Shown piece by piece: positions 49,050 through 58,606 of a stretch of 64,000 bases of DNA. A program made the translations under genes and the position numbers. How positions within the stretch are numbered: the stretch's first letter is position 1; every line of letters starts with the position of its first letter. The DNA lies in NCBI GenBank assembly GCA_017608345.1, contig JAFCGA010000002.1, positions 1,396 through 65,395 of the forward strand, in the 5' to 3' direction. Below the pieces are notes generated by a model. It saw nothing but the letters and a program-made list of their open reading frames with translations, searched no databases and had not been told where the DNA came from. Source of the stretch: Candidatus Pacearchaeota archaeon. GTDB lineage: Archaea; Nanobdellota; Nanobdellia; UBA10117; JAFCGA01.

Positions 49050-49080
49050 GTATTTTAAGCTTCCATACTTATATTTATTT

Positions 49081-49761
49081 ATGAAACTAGCAGCACTTAT
49101 CAGCGGAGGAAAAGACTCACTCTACGCAGCATACTTAGCTTCAAAAGAGCATGAACTCTCTTGCTTTATAGCAATCAAATCAAAAAATCCAGAATCTTAC
49201 ATGTTTCATGTTCCGAATATAGATTTAGTTAAGCTGCAAGCTAAATCCGCTAGAATTCCCTTAATTTTCAAAACAACAAAAGGCGAGAAGGAAAAGGAGC
49301 TTAAGGATCTTAAAATAGCAATTAAAGAAGCTAAAAAGAAATACAAAATTAAAGGGATTGTTTCAGGAGCCTTATTTTCAAAATATCAGCGATCTAGAAT
49401 TGATAAGTTAGCTGAAGAATTAAAACTCGAATCACTTTCTCCACTTTGGAAAAAAGTCCCGCAAGAACAATGGAAAGAAATGTTCAAAGAAAAATTCAAA
49501 GTAATAATTTCAGCAGTCGCGGCAGGCGGTTTAGGTCCGGAATGGTTAGGGAAAGAAATAAACAGAAAGACCTTCAATCAGTTGTTGAATTTACATAATA
49601 CTTGCTATGTCTGTACGGGTGGCGAAGGTGGAGAATTCGAAACTTTGGTCTTAGATTGTCCGCTATTCAATGAAAAATTAAAGATAATTTCCTCGAAAAA
49701 GCACTGGGATGGACAAGCTGGTTACTTAGCAGCAAAAGCAAAGCTAATTCCGAAGTCTTAA
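49081..49761 (+). CDS. dph6: diphthine--ammonia ligase (Dph6)
   Basis: SGGKDS, SYMFH.PN, GA..S.YQ..R, PLW, GEGGEFETLVLD.P.F. Confidence 0.92.
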   Translation: MKLAALISGGKDSLYAAYLASKEHELSCFIAIKSKNPESYMFHVPNIDLVKLQAKSARIPLIFKTTKGEKEKELKDLKIAIKEAKKKYKIKGIVSGALFSKYQRSRIDKLAEELKLESLSPLWKKVPQEQWKEMFKEKFKVIISAVAAGGLGPEWLGKEINRKTFNQLLNLHNTCYVCTGGEGGEFETLVLDCPLFNEKLKIISSKKHWDGQAGYLAAKAKLIPKS

Positions 49762-49785
49762 AAGTTTTTAGCCCTTGAACGTAGC

Positions 49786-51054
49786 ATGCCTTGGGCAACA
49801 GAAATACTTGATGCAGTTTATAACCGTCACATTGGGCTTAATGAGCTTGAATATGAGATCGTTAAAAGCCCTAGCTATCAGCGACTCAATCGCGTACGCC
49901 AACTCGGACTTACAACTATTCTAGTCTATCCTAATGCAGATCATACGCGATTTGCACACCCGCTTGGCGTTATGCATTTAGTTGGCGGCGTAACTGGTAG
50001 CAAATATTTGAATCTTTCGTCAGAGACTAGACAGTTCTTGAGAATTGCTGCTGAAGATCATGATCTCGGTCATGGACCATTTTCGCATCAGAGCGAGGCA
50101 GTATTTGCAGCTGTATCTGGGAAAGACCATGAAGAAATACTTCCGGATATCCTTAAGGAAGAGCAGGCAGATTTGCTAGCGGATCATGGGATTGATTATA
50201 AGAAGGTCGCAGCAGTTGCACGGGGGGAACTAATGGATTATTCTGAGCTAATTCGCGGTCATTTTGATTTGGATTATTTAGATTGCTTAAAACGGGATCA
50301 GTATTTTACTGGCGCGAGATACGGAGTCCATAATTTTTCATATTTAGTATCTGTAATTCAGTTCTATGAAGATGATGCAGGTATCCAAAGACTTGCAATT
50401 AAGGAAAAAGGCAGAGTCGCATTAGAACATTTCTTTGAGGCGAAGTCGCATATGTTTGAAACAGTCTACTTTCATCATACAAATCGGATCGCTGATAAAA
50501 TGCTTACTCGTGCGTTAGAAGAGTTAGTTTTATCCAAGTATGACCCGAAATCTTATGTTGCAACGGCGCGCAGATTTGACGACGCGCAGATGCAGGTTGC
50601 TCTCGAGAATGAAGGCGGACTAACGTCTGAGTTAATGCGCGGAATATTAGATAGAAAGCTGTTGAAACAGGCTAAGGGATTATACCTATCTAAGCCACAA
50701 GTGGATGCGTTAGACTCGGAATTATTTTCTAGCTTGGAGCGAATAAGAGAAGCGAACAAAATCCGTGAAGTTGAAACTCGACTAGCAGATAAATTTGGAA
50801 TTGATGAGGGATATATTCTTCTCGATATACCTTCGCCGCCGGAGAGAGATATTTCTGATGAATCTGTAACGTCTGATGAGCTATGTTTTGTTATGGATGA
50901 TGGATCACGTAAGCCAATTACAGAAGTTTCATCTGTGTTGAAGTTCTTAAAAGAAAATACTTGGTCTAATTGGAGATTTGGTGTTTATGTTCCTGAAACA
51001 CACAGAAATAATATTGCTGTAGATTCAGTTGTTAGAATATTAAGCGGTTACTAA
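49786..51054 (+). CDS. HD-domain phosphohydrolase (SAMHD1/dNTPase-like)
   Basis: QRL..VRQLG...VYP.A.HTRF.H, HDLGHGPFSH..E, D.LD.L.RD, VYFH. Confidence 0.9.
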   Translation: MPWATEILDAVYNRHIGLNELEYEIVKSPSYQRLNRVRQLGLTTILVYPNADHTRFAHPLGVMHLVGGVTGSKYLNLSSETRQFLRIAAEDHDLGHGPFSHQSEAVFAAVSGKDHEEILPDILKEEQADLLADHGIDYKKVAAVARGELMDYSELIRGHFDLDYLDCLKRDQYFTGARYGVHNFSYLVSVIQFYEDDAGIQRLAIKEKGRVALEHFFEAKSHMFETVYFHHTNRIADKMLTRALEELVLSKYDPKSYVATARRFDDAQMQVALENEGGLTSELMRGILDRKLLKQAKGLYLSKPQVDALDSELFSSLERIREANKIREVETRLADKFGIDEGYILLDIPSPPERDISDESVTSDELCFVMDDGSRKPITEVSSVLKFLKENTWSNWRFGVYVPETHRNNIAVDSVVRILSGY

Positions 51055-51055
51055 T

Positions 51056-51145
51056 TAGCCTTTTAGAAAACCAGAGAGAAATCTTCGATTTCTCTTGGCC
51101 AAGCGGAATGTTATTCCGCTCTGGAGGCTAGCGAAAAGAAGATAA
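51056..51145. repeat. third modular palindromic element, between convergent genes
   Basis: 51071-51098 is the exact reverse complement of 41505-41532; 51099-51124 resembles 41480-41504; enclosed by TAGCCT...AGGCTA. Confidence 0.85.
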
Positions 51146-51499
51146 CTATAATGCCTGGAGTTCTTTAGTTATTTTGTCTATTTTTTCTTCTTTATCTGGA
51201 CCGATTCCCAAACAAGTCATTGTGCCGGGTTTGAGTTCTGTGTGACCAGCGTCGGTGATTAAAGCGGATATTAAGTTAGCTTGCTTAGCTTTTTTATCAA
51301 AGTCTAAAAGCTCTTTTTTGTCAGCAACTCTGAGAACAACTTTCTTAGCGCCTTCTCGTCTCCAAGATTGTAGGAGCTTCTTATCTTTCTTTAGAACTTT
51401 GAGAGCTGATTCTAGTGAAGCGTGACTGCATTGCGCTGCAGTCTTACCTTTAGACATTTTAATATCTGCGCGGATGAGAATTACTTGTTTGAAGTCCAT
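51146..51499 (-). CDS. pth2: peptidyl-tRNA hydrolase Pth2
   Basis: KQV..R.D..MSKGK.AAQ..HA, W...G.KKVVL, DAGHTE..PGT.T..GIGP. Confidence 0.95.
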   Translation of the reverse strand: MDFKQVILIRADIKMSKGKTAAQCSHASLESALKVLKKDKKLLQSWRREGAKKVVLRVADKKELLDFDKKAKQANLISALITDAGHTELKPGTMTCLGIGPDKEEKIDKITKELQAL

Positions 51500-51530
51500 A
51501 ATCAATAGAAGGGAGAGAAGTATTTAATGC

Positions 51531-52094
51531 TTACTCTAAATTGAAATAAGGATAAAGTGGATGGAATTTTCGTGCTTCTGGAGGAATATCATTAATTTCG
51601 TGAGGTAGAACAATCCATCTATCCGCGTCCACGTCTTCCAGGTGATAATCTGGTCTCAGATCAGGGAATTTATTATTACCTGGCTTAAAATAGAGAACAG
51701 CGGATCGTATCTCTGTAGCGCCCAACGATGCCAATTTAGATATTATTGTAATTAGCGTATTGCCTGTGTCCCAGAGATCTTCGCCAATTAATATTTTCTT
51801 TCCAGCAACATCAAGTCGGTCTAATCCATGCAATTCTGCTTCGCCAGTAGCTTGCTGACCATCATAACCAATCGAATAAATAAAGTCAAAAGGGATCTTT
51901 GAACCATATAATCGAAATACTTCGGGCAGAACTAATCCTGGAACTGCGCCGCCGCGCATAACTCCAATAATCCCTTCTGGTTGAAAATCAGACGCGATAA
52001 CTTTCCTAGCTAGCAGTATAGAATCTGTATAAATTTTATTCGGAGTAATAAATAAATATTTTTGATTATTAATTGTTATATAATCTAGTCCCAT
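51531..52094 (-). CDS. type I phosphoribosyltransferase (purine PRT-like)
   Basis: RGGAVP, ILIGEDLWDTGNT, PDY, WIVLP.E. Confidence 0.85.
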   Translation of the reverse strand: MGLDYITINNQKYLFITPNKIYTDSILLARKVIASDFQPEGIIGVMRGGAVPGLVLPEVFRLYGSKIPFDFIYSIGYDGQQATGEAELHGLDRLDVAGKKILIGEDLWDTGNTLITIISKLASLGATEIRSAVLYFKPGNNKFPDLRPDYHLEDVDADRWIVLPHEINDIPPEARKFHPLYPYFNLE

Positions 52095-52132
52095 TTAATG
52101 GAATGGTTGAGGAAATATTAATACTTTTGTAT

Positions 52133-53095
52133 CTATATCAGAACAATATCCGTCTTAATAGCTAATCCGCGTTTAGCCTTCATTATTTGATGAAAAGTCA
52201 TAGCACCTTTTCCAACTGCGCAGAGCTTATTCTTCTGATCAAATATTGCTACCCACACACCTTTTCTAATTCCTGAAGTTAATCTAATTATTCCCGGAAC
52301 AAATATTGGCGAGCCGTGCTTTAATCGCGGAAGCACATTATCATCTATCCAGATCTTTTCTAAATACTGGACAGAATCTTCAATTGGTCTTATGATCTTG
52401 CGAATGTGCTTTTCATCTCGGGTTTTCATAAACTCCCGATAGCTTTTTCTAAGATCTTCCAAAGAAATAACTTCTTTTTCAGTAAAGGATCCGCTCGCTA
52501 TTCTGCGGAGCCGCCACATGCTAGCTCCTACTCCGAGATGCTCACCAATATCATGGCAGAGCTTTCGAATATACGTTCCATGCTGGCATTTTACTCTAAA
52601 GTATATCTTGTTGTTAGTTTCTGCACTTTCCGGAACCATTGCTAAAAGGTCCTTGCTAGCTTCTTTTTTCTCAAGTATTGTTAGGAAATGTACGCGACGC
52701 TTCCGCAATACTCTTTTCACCGCAGAGATCTTCGGCGGCATCTGCTCAATCACACCCGTGAACTTCTTGAAAGCTTTCTTCAAATCCTCGTCCGAGACCT
52801 CGCTATGGATTTTCATAATCCCTTCGTAAGTTTTGTCTGCTTCAGAAAGAACGCCCGTTAGCTTAGTTGCTTTATTTAGAACGAGAGTTAGCACTCCAGT
52901 TACTAACGGATCTAAGGTTCCAATATGGCCAGCATGAGCTACTTCTAAGGCTCGCTTAACTCGCTGAATAACATATTTGCACTTGGGTCCCATCGGCTTA
53001 TCTAAAACAATAACTCCCTGTGCGAAGAGCTCATCGAGATCTCTCTTGTAAGGTGTTTTATTTATTTTGAGATTATTGCGAGTTAGGACTTTCAT
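52133..53095 (-). CDS. cbf5: pseudouridine synthase Cbf5/TruB
   Basis: LDKP.GP, GH.GTLDP.VTGVL, Q.PP..SAVKR.LR.R, GTYIRKLCHDIG, PUA domain. Confidence 0.95.
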   Translation of the reverse strand: MKVLTRNNLKINKTPYKRDLDELFAQGVIVLDKPMGPKCKYVIQRVKRALEVAHAGHIGTLDPLVTGVLTLVLNKATKLTGVLSEADKTYEGIMKIHSEVSDEDLKKAFKKFTGVIEQMPPKISAVKRVLRKRRVHFLTILEKKEASKDLLAMVPESAETNNKIYFRVKCQHGTYIRKLCHDIGEHLGVGASMWRLRRIASGSFTEKEVISLEDLRKSYREFMKTRDEKHIRKIIRPIEDSVQYLEKIWIDDNVLPRLKHGSPIFVPGIIRLTSGIRKGVWVAIFDQKNKLCAVGKGAMTFHQIMKAKRGLAIKTDIVLI

Positions 53096-53168
53096 AAAAG
53101 AATAACTTAGAGAAACTATTAAGAGCTTACTATTCTGCGAATTAGTGCTAGCAGCACCTCGAGCAGTC

Positions 53169-53687
53169 TTACTCAAGGTGTGCTAGTAGCGTGTCTACTC
53201 TTTCTTTTGGTGTTCCAGTAGGGATCCTGATCGGTTCGTGTCCGAGGGTTTTATAGACTTGTTCCAGCTTTCTTTCTAGTTCTAGTGCTTCGGTTTGGTC
53301 TTCGTGTCTCATCTCGTTTGTTTCTGTGCTTCCCATGTTTTCTATCAGGAAGACCTTTGTTATTCCTTCGAGTCCAGTAGCTGCCGTTATCCGCTCGTAG
53401 ATCGGGGTTCTTAGCGGTGCGTATGCTAATCCGTCCGGTACGTCTCGGTCGAGGAAGACTCTCTCTGCATTCGGGTGCACTCTTGCGTTTCTTTGCAGTT
53501 GGATTCGCAGGATCTCGTCCTGGAAGTCAGGTTCCATCCAGGGCTCTTTTGTTCCGTTAGCTTGCTTTAGCTCGATATAGTCTTGCGCAACTTCTTTTAC
53601 TATGTGCTCGCCGTGCCAGATTTCCAGAGCTTTTAGGACTGTGCTCTTCCCGCATCCGGGTCCGCCAGTGATTGCGTATCGTTCCAT
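53169..53687 (-). CDS. P-loop ATPase/kinase (AAA_28/NadR-like)
   Basis: ITGGPGCGKST, E.A, DR...D.LAY, R.E...EA. Confidence 0.85.
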   Translation of the reverse strand: MERYAITGGPGCGKSTVLKALEIWHGEHIVKEVAQDYIELKQANGTKEPWMEPDFQDEILRIQLQRNARVHPNAERVFLDRDVPDGLAYAPLRTPIYERITAATGLEGITKVFLIENMGSTETNEMRHEDQTEALELERKLEQVYKTLGHEPIRIPTGTPKERVDTLLAHLE

Positions 53688-53811
53688 TACTTTTTACCTC
53701 CTATCCTAGTCTAGCTTTCTGCTAGCTACTTTTAGCTCAAAACGCGGATCTAAGAAGGTTTGTTGTAAATTTATTGACAACATTTATAAATGACTGTTGA
53801 TTAGCAATCTT

Positions 53812-54525
53812 ATGACAAGTATTGAAAAAACACTACACTGGATCGGGCTTAGCAAGAATGAATCAAAATTATATTTGGTTATGCTTAGAGAGGGCTCTGC
53901 TAAAGCAGGAAGGATTGCTAAGCTAGCGCAACTAAATAGAACTTCAACTTACGAAGCCCTGCGTAGTTTATTAGATAAGGGCTTAGCGGGTTATGTGGTA
54001 AAAGAAAACCATAAATGGTTCAACGCTGTGAATCCTAAACGGTTAGTAGAATATGTTGATGAAAAGAAAAAGGAAGCAAAGAAAATCTTGCCCGAGCTTG
54101 AAGAAAGATATTCTATACCTAAAGAAAAGAATGACGTAACTCTATATTATGGTAAAAAGGGCGTAAAGTCTGTATTAATGGATATCATACGAGATAAAAA
54201 ACCAAATAGTGTCCTGGACTCGGAAGTCAAGCTTGCTGAGAGATTGCCTTATTTTCAACCACAGTTTAAACGCGGAATTGAAAAAGCAAAGATTCCAATT
54301 CGTCATATTACGCGCAGAGGAGTTACTGTAAGCCCGACAAGGACAACCACCGTTCGTTACTTGAATTTTAAAACTAAATCACCTGTTGCTACTAATATCT
54401 ATGGTGATAAGATAGCCATCATTATCTGGAGCGAGACTCCAGAAGCAGTCATAATTAAAAATAAACTAGCTGCTGAAGCCTATCGAGAGTACTTTGAGAA
54501 GTTATGGAAGCTATCTAAACCGTAA
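53812..54525 (+). CDS. TrmB family transcriptional regulator
   Basis: GLS.NE..LY, R...Y..L..L..KG, Y.G..GV, IYGDK.AII.W, F..LW. Confidence 0.88.
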   Translation: MTSIEKTLHWIGLSKNESKLYLVMLREGSAKAGRIAKLAQLNRTSTYEALRSLLDKGLAGYVVKENHKWFNAVNPKRLVEYVDEKKKEAKKILPELEERYSIPKEKNDVTLYYGKKGVKSVLMDIIRDKKPNSVLDSEVKLAERLPYFQPQFKRGIEKAKIPIRHITRRGVTVSPTRTTTVRYLNFKTKSPVATNIYGDKIAIIIWSETPEAVIIKNKLAAEAYREYFEKLWKLSKP

Positions 54526-56247
54526 TTATTTTGGTAATTTAGCTATACCTAGCTCCCAAAGTGCATCTTTAGAAACTTCATCTGGAGATGCCATCATTGG
54601 ATCTTCAGCAGCCTTGTTTTTTGGAAATGCCATGACTTCTCGGATTGAGTCTTCTCCAGCTAGCAAAGCTACAAATCTATCTAGTCCAAGAGCAATTCCT
54701 CCATGCGGCGGAGCACCATATTTGAATGCATTTAGCAAGAATCCGAACTTTCTCTCAGCATCTTTTTTGCTAATTTTCAGAGCGTCAAATACTTTAGACT
54801 GCAGCTCTGCATTATGAATTCTTATTGAGCCGCCACCTAGCTCAGTTCCGTTCAGAACGAGATCATACGCGCGAGAAAGTACTTTTTCGGGCATAGTTTT
54901 CATATATTTAACATGCTCAGGATTTGGCTGCGTAAACGGATGATGCGAAGCTACCCATCTCTTTTCCTCCTCTTTCCATTCAAACATTGGAAATTCTGTA
55001 ACCCATAGCAATTTCCAGACGCCTGGTTTGATTAATTTCAGCTGTTTAGCAAGAGTTATTCTTACTTGCCCTAATGGAGTGCTTCCGCGAGAATATTCCT
55101 CTTCAGATGCAAGCAGAATTAGATCTTTTTCTTTCGCCTTTAATGATTTTCTTAGCTTCGAAATACTTGCTGAAGAAACTTTAATTTCAGAAGGCTTTCC
55201 CAGTCGTTTGTATACTTGTAATTTACTTCCTTTTAGGACATACAATCCTTTTGCCTTGTAAGTCTGAGCTGTTGCAGCTAGCTCATGCAAATCCGCTTCA
55301 GATAGCTGTTTATCTACCACAATTGCTTTTACTCTTTTTTCTTTAATTGCAGGCTCAATTGCTGAAGCAGGCTGTAATTCATAGCCGAACCTTATGTCGG
55401 GTTTATCTGAGCCAAAGCGGCGCATAGCTTCTTCATATTTCATTTGAGGAAGCGGTGTTTTGATTTTAACATCCATTGCTTCTTTGAAAACATTTGCCAC
55501 GGATTCTTCAGTACATTTATAGACCATTTCTTCATCTGCAAACGATAGCTCAACGTCTAATTGAGTAAATTCTATCTGTCTGTCTGAGCGCATATCTTCA
55601 TCTCTAAAACAACGAGCTATCTGAAAGTACTTTTCCATTCCTGCAACCATTAATAGCTGCTTAAAAATCTGCGGAGATTGCGGCAACGCATAGAATTTTC
55701 CCTTTTGAACTCTGCTAGGAATCAAAAAATCCCTAGCTCCTTCTGGTGTGCTTTTAGCAATGCATGGCGTTTCAATTTCTAAAAAGCCTTGCTTATCAAA
55801 GTAATCTCGGATAGCCTTGATTATTTTATGTCGCAAGATCATATTATTCTTCATTCGCAGCTTTCTGAGATCTAAAAAGCGGTATTTGAGTCTTGTTTCT
55901 TCTTCAGCAGCGCCTTCTGCTAGTTCCATTGGCAGCGGATTCGCTTTATTTAGAACCTCTAACTTAGTGATTTTGATTTCTTTCTTGAATGCTCTTGATT
56001 TACTATCCTTAACTTCGCCTTCAATAGCTAAAACAGATTCTCTGCTAATTGATTTTATCTTTTTAAGATCTTTGAATTCTTTTGTAGCAACTAACTGCGC
56101 TAGTCCTTCACGATCTCTTAGAATTATGAAAGCTAGCTTGCCTAGGAACTTGACGTCTTGCGCCCATCCTGCTAGGACGACTGTTTTTCCGCTCTTTAAT
56201 TCTTGAGTGCTTATTCTTTTATTTAAGTTAATTGCCATCATTTTCAC
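54526..56247 (-). CDS. aspS: aspartate--tRNA ligase with bacterial-type catalytic core and GAD insert
   Basis: STPEGARDF, LPQSPQ.FKQ, CFRDED.R.DRQ.EFTQLD.E, GSDKPD.R, HHPFT, GGGSIRIH, GAPPHGG.A.GLDR. Confidence 0.95.
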   Translation of the reverse strand: MKMMAINLNKRISTQELKSGKTVVLAGWAQDVKFLGKLAFIILRDREGLAQLVATKEFKDLKKIKSISRESVLAIEGEVKDSKSRAFKKEIKITKLEVLNKANPLPMELAEGAAEEETRLKYRFLDLRKLRMKNNMILRHKIIKAIRDYFDKQGFLEIETPCIAKSTPEGARDFLIPSRVQKGKFYALPQSPQIFKQLLMVAGMEKYFQIARCFRDEDMRSDRQIEFTQLDVELSFADEEMVYKCTEESVANVFKEAMDVKIKTPLPQMKYEEAMRRFGSDKPDIRFGYELQPASAIEPAIKEKRVKAIVVDKQLSEADLHELAATAQTYKAKGLYVLKGSKLQVYKRLGKPSEIKVSSASISKLRKSLKAKEKDLILLASEEEYSRGSTPLGQVRITLAKQLKLIKPGVWKLLWVTEFPMFEWKEEEKRWVASHHPFTQPNPEHVKYMKTMPEKVLSRAYDLVLNGTELGGGSIRIHNAELQSKVFDALKISKKDAERKFGFLLNAFKYGAPPHGGIALGLDRFVALLAGEDSIREVMAFPKNKAAEDPMMASPDEVSKDALWELGIAKLPK

Positions 56248-56254
56248 CTTAGTA

Positions 56255-56767
56255 TTACTCCTTTATTATATTTGCTATCATTGGTTTTATTAATTCGATT
56301 AGCTCCTTACGATTTAATTCTAATCCTGCACGATGATCTCCTGAGCTAATATTAACTTTGAATTTTTCTTGCAGCTTTTTATCAAAAATAGTTAGCGGCT
56401 GCTGCTTAAGACTAATGGGCGCTATCGCTCCCTTTCGATACCCTAAAACTTCCTCAATCTGTTCTGGAGATGCGAAGCTAAGTCTTTTGCATTCAGCAAC
56501 CCCTTGAACTTTTTTCAAATCTAGCTGCTGATCTCCGGGCAAACAAGCAAGAATATAAACTCCTTTTTTATCCCGGAGGAGCATACATTTAATCATCTCG
56601 CTAATTGGAACTTTGCGTTCATTAGCAGCTTCCTCACATGTAAAAACTTGCTTAGAATGCGGTAAAAGTCTATACTTAATTTTCTTAGTATCTAAAAATT
56701 TAGTTAAAGAAGTTTTAAGAGGATTAGCTAGACAAGAATTCCTACACTGCTCAGTTTGAGTAGAGAT
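56255..56767 (-). CDS. YbaK/EbsC aminoacyl-tRNA deacylase family (start uncertain, non-canonical)
   Basis: Upstream in-frame KTSLTKFLD...Y.L..H...TCEEAA.ER; then MIKCML, GY..GAI.P, SSG.....L. Confidence 0.85.
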   Translation of the reverse strand: MSTQTEQCRNSCLANPLKTSLTKFLDTKKIKYRLLPHSKQVFTCEEAANERKVPISEMIKCMLLRDKKGVYILACLPGDQQLDLKKVQGVAECKRLSFASPEQIEEVLGYRKGAIAPISLKQQPLTIFDKKLQEKFKVNISSGDHRAGLELNRKELIELIKPMIANIIKE

Positions 56768-56826
56768 CTATTCTAACCACCGAATAAAGTGTTAAAACGA
56801 ATGCTTATAAGATTTATGGTTTATTA

Positions 56827-57306
56827 ATGTGCATGGAAATCAGTGACATATTCTCAATATCCTATTCTTCTCCACCCGTCGTTATGGGTTTTCATACGGG
56901 TTCCGAACTGTTTATAGACGAAAAACGTAGAATGATTACTGGAAAGTCAGAGGAGTATAATCTCCCTGAGAACTTCGCTGAGGTGTTTATCGATAAGCGT
57001 GCTAGTACAGATAGTCGGGTTGTGTATAAACTTCTAGACGCTCCAAGTGCTAAGCTAACAGAAGCAATCCAGCAATTAGCAAATAAGCAAAATATGACTG
57101 CGAGCGAAATAAGCGGTCTGGGAGCTAAAATCGAAGAGTGGGAAGCTGGCGGATCAGCACGAGTAAAAATACCGCGTAAAGAGGATGAGCTAATACGAAT
57201 TTTCATAGAGAATCCCCGAACGTATACTCATTCTAAGGAATCTAATTATCCGGTTGTCTATCTCGGCACCAAGAGAGTAATTGCTTGCGCGCCGAAAATA
57301 GATTAA
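56827..57306 (+). CDS. hypothetical protein
   Basis: 159-aa ORF with TATA-like TTATAA upstream. Confidence 0.6.
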   Translation: MCMEISDIFSISYSSPPVVMGFHTGSELFIDEKRRMITGKSEEYNLPENFAEVFIDKRASTDSRVVYKLLDAPSAKLTEAIQQLANKQNMTASEISGLGAKIEEWEAGGSARVKIPRKEDELIRIFIENPRTYTHSKESNYPVVYLGTKRVIACAPKID

Positions 57307-57339
57307 TCTTATTTTTTGCCCAAATTCTAAAATAAAAAA

Positions 57340-57924
57340 TTAGTAATCAACTTCATTAGTGCGCGGATTATAGTAGAACCCAGCATTACTGCTCGCATAT
57401 TTCTTCATCTGGCGACCTTCAGTATCATAGTAATAATCATAATTCACATCAATCCATTTCCATCCGGGCCAATACGAGTTAGAGATTTCATGGTCCCATG
57501 CGATTAATATTGCTATATTGCCATCTTTTTTAGCATACTTGTTTAAGTCTCTAAATGCTTCGGGCGTATTGTCGTAAATCTTATTGTTTAGCCAGTCAGT
57601 TAGATCTATCCACGCGCTAACTTGTTCATTAACTTTCGCTTCGGGCAGATAATCGCGGATATATTCCGCTACGCCCGCAGTTGTTTTCGAAGCCCATGGA
57701 ACATTAGTGATCTCGGTCTCTCCATGACTTAGATACACCCACATGCATTTATCATATGTTCTTTCATTAACGGTGCAAGATACAACACTTCCGGAATAAG
57801 TTACTCCTCCGCTAACTGAATTCTTCGGGGTCGCAAGGGGTATTATTACCATTACTGCTATGACAATACCCATTACTACAAAGAAGATTGTTTTACTGGT
57901 TGCTAATTTTTTAGCTCCCGCCAT
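57340..57924 (-). CDS. membrane-anchored hypothetical protein
   Basis: N-terminal TM segment, then Trp/Tyr-rich domain with a Cys pair. Confidence 0.65.
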   Translation of the reverse strand: MAGAKKLATSKTIFFVVMGIVIAVMVIIPLATPKNSVSGGVTYSGSVVSCTVNERTYDKCMWVYLSHGETEITNVPWASKTTAGVAEYIRDYLPEAKVNEQVSAWIDLTDWLNNKIYDNTPEAFRDLNKYAKKDGNIAILIAWDHEISNSYWPGWKWIDVNYDYYYDTEGRQMKKYASSNAGFYYNPRTNEVDY

Positions 57925-57958
57925 ACTTTAATTAATCTATTCCAGAATATAAACTTTA

Positions 57959-58606
57959 CTAGAAGTCACCTAAACTGACTTGCTCTTTCTTAGATTTCAG
58001 ATTTTTAAATGTCGACCAGCTTTTCCTCAGAAACTTCTCATGCTCTGACTTGTAATGATTATCTAAAAACGACCGACAGATCGGATCAGATTGATAGCCA
58101 GAGCCAATTGGATATCCGATTTCTTTCTCAATCTCGCGAACAAGTCTATCTCGAGTGACTTTTGCTAAAATTGATGCAGCAGAGCAAACTGGATAATTGA
58201 CATCAGCTTTATGTTCCGCAAGCACCTCTGTTCCGTTAGTAAGTCCGGAAATCACATCTCCGAATCTACTTGCTATTGGATCTGGTGAATCAATGATAAC
58301 TTTGTCTGGCGATAATGCAGAAATAATTTCAGCAGCTTTGATAGCTTCTAATTGATTTAAATTTGTTCCAACTGCTTTCCGAGAATCAATTTCTTGCGGT
58401 TCAGTAATGTTTATTTCATGCGCATCTACAAGCGAAATGATTTGTTCAAATAGCTCCTCTCGCTTTTTAGGAGTCAGTAATTTAGAATCTTTAACCCCGA
58501 GGTTCTTTAATTTCTCGAGCTTATCTTCTGAGATAGCTACGCCTGCCATTACCATTGGGCCTATGACTGGTCCGCGCCCAGCTTCATCTATTCCGCAAAT
58601 TATAAT
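57959..58606 (-). CDS. rnhB: ribonuclease HII (apparent ATT start)
   Basis: Upstream in-frame IIICGIDEAGRGPVIGPM; DSK.L...R, N.LE, EHKAD..YP..SAASILAKV.RD, GSGY. Confidence 0.95.
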   Translation of the reverse strand: MIICGIDEAGRGPVIGPMVMAGVAISEDKLEKLKNLGVKDSKLLTPKKREELFEQIISLVDAHEINITEPQEIDSRKAVGTNLNQLEAIKAAEIISALSPDKVIIDSPDPIASRFGDVISGLTNGTEVLAEHKADVNYPVCSAASILAKVTRDRLVREIEKEIGYPIGSGYQSDPICRSFLDNHYKSEHEKFLRKSWSTFKNLKSKKEQVSLGDF

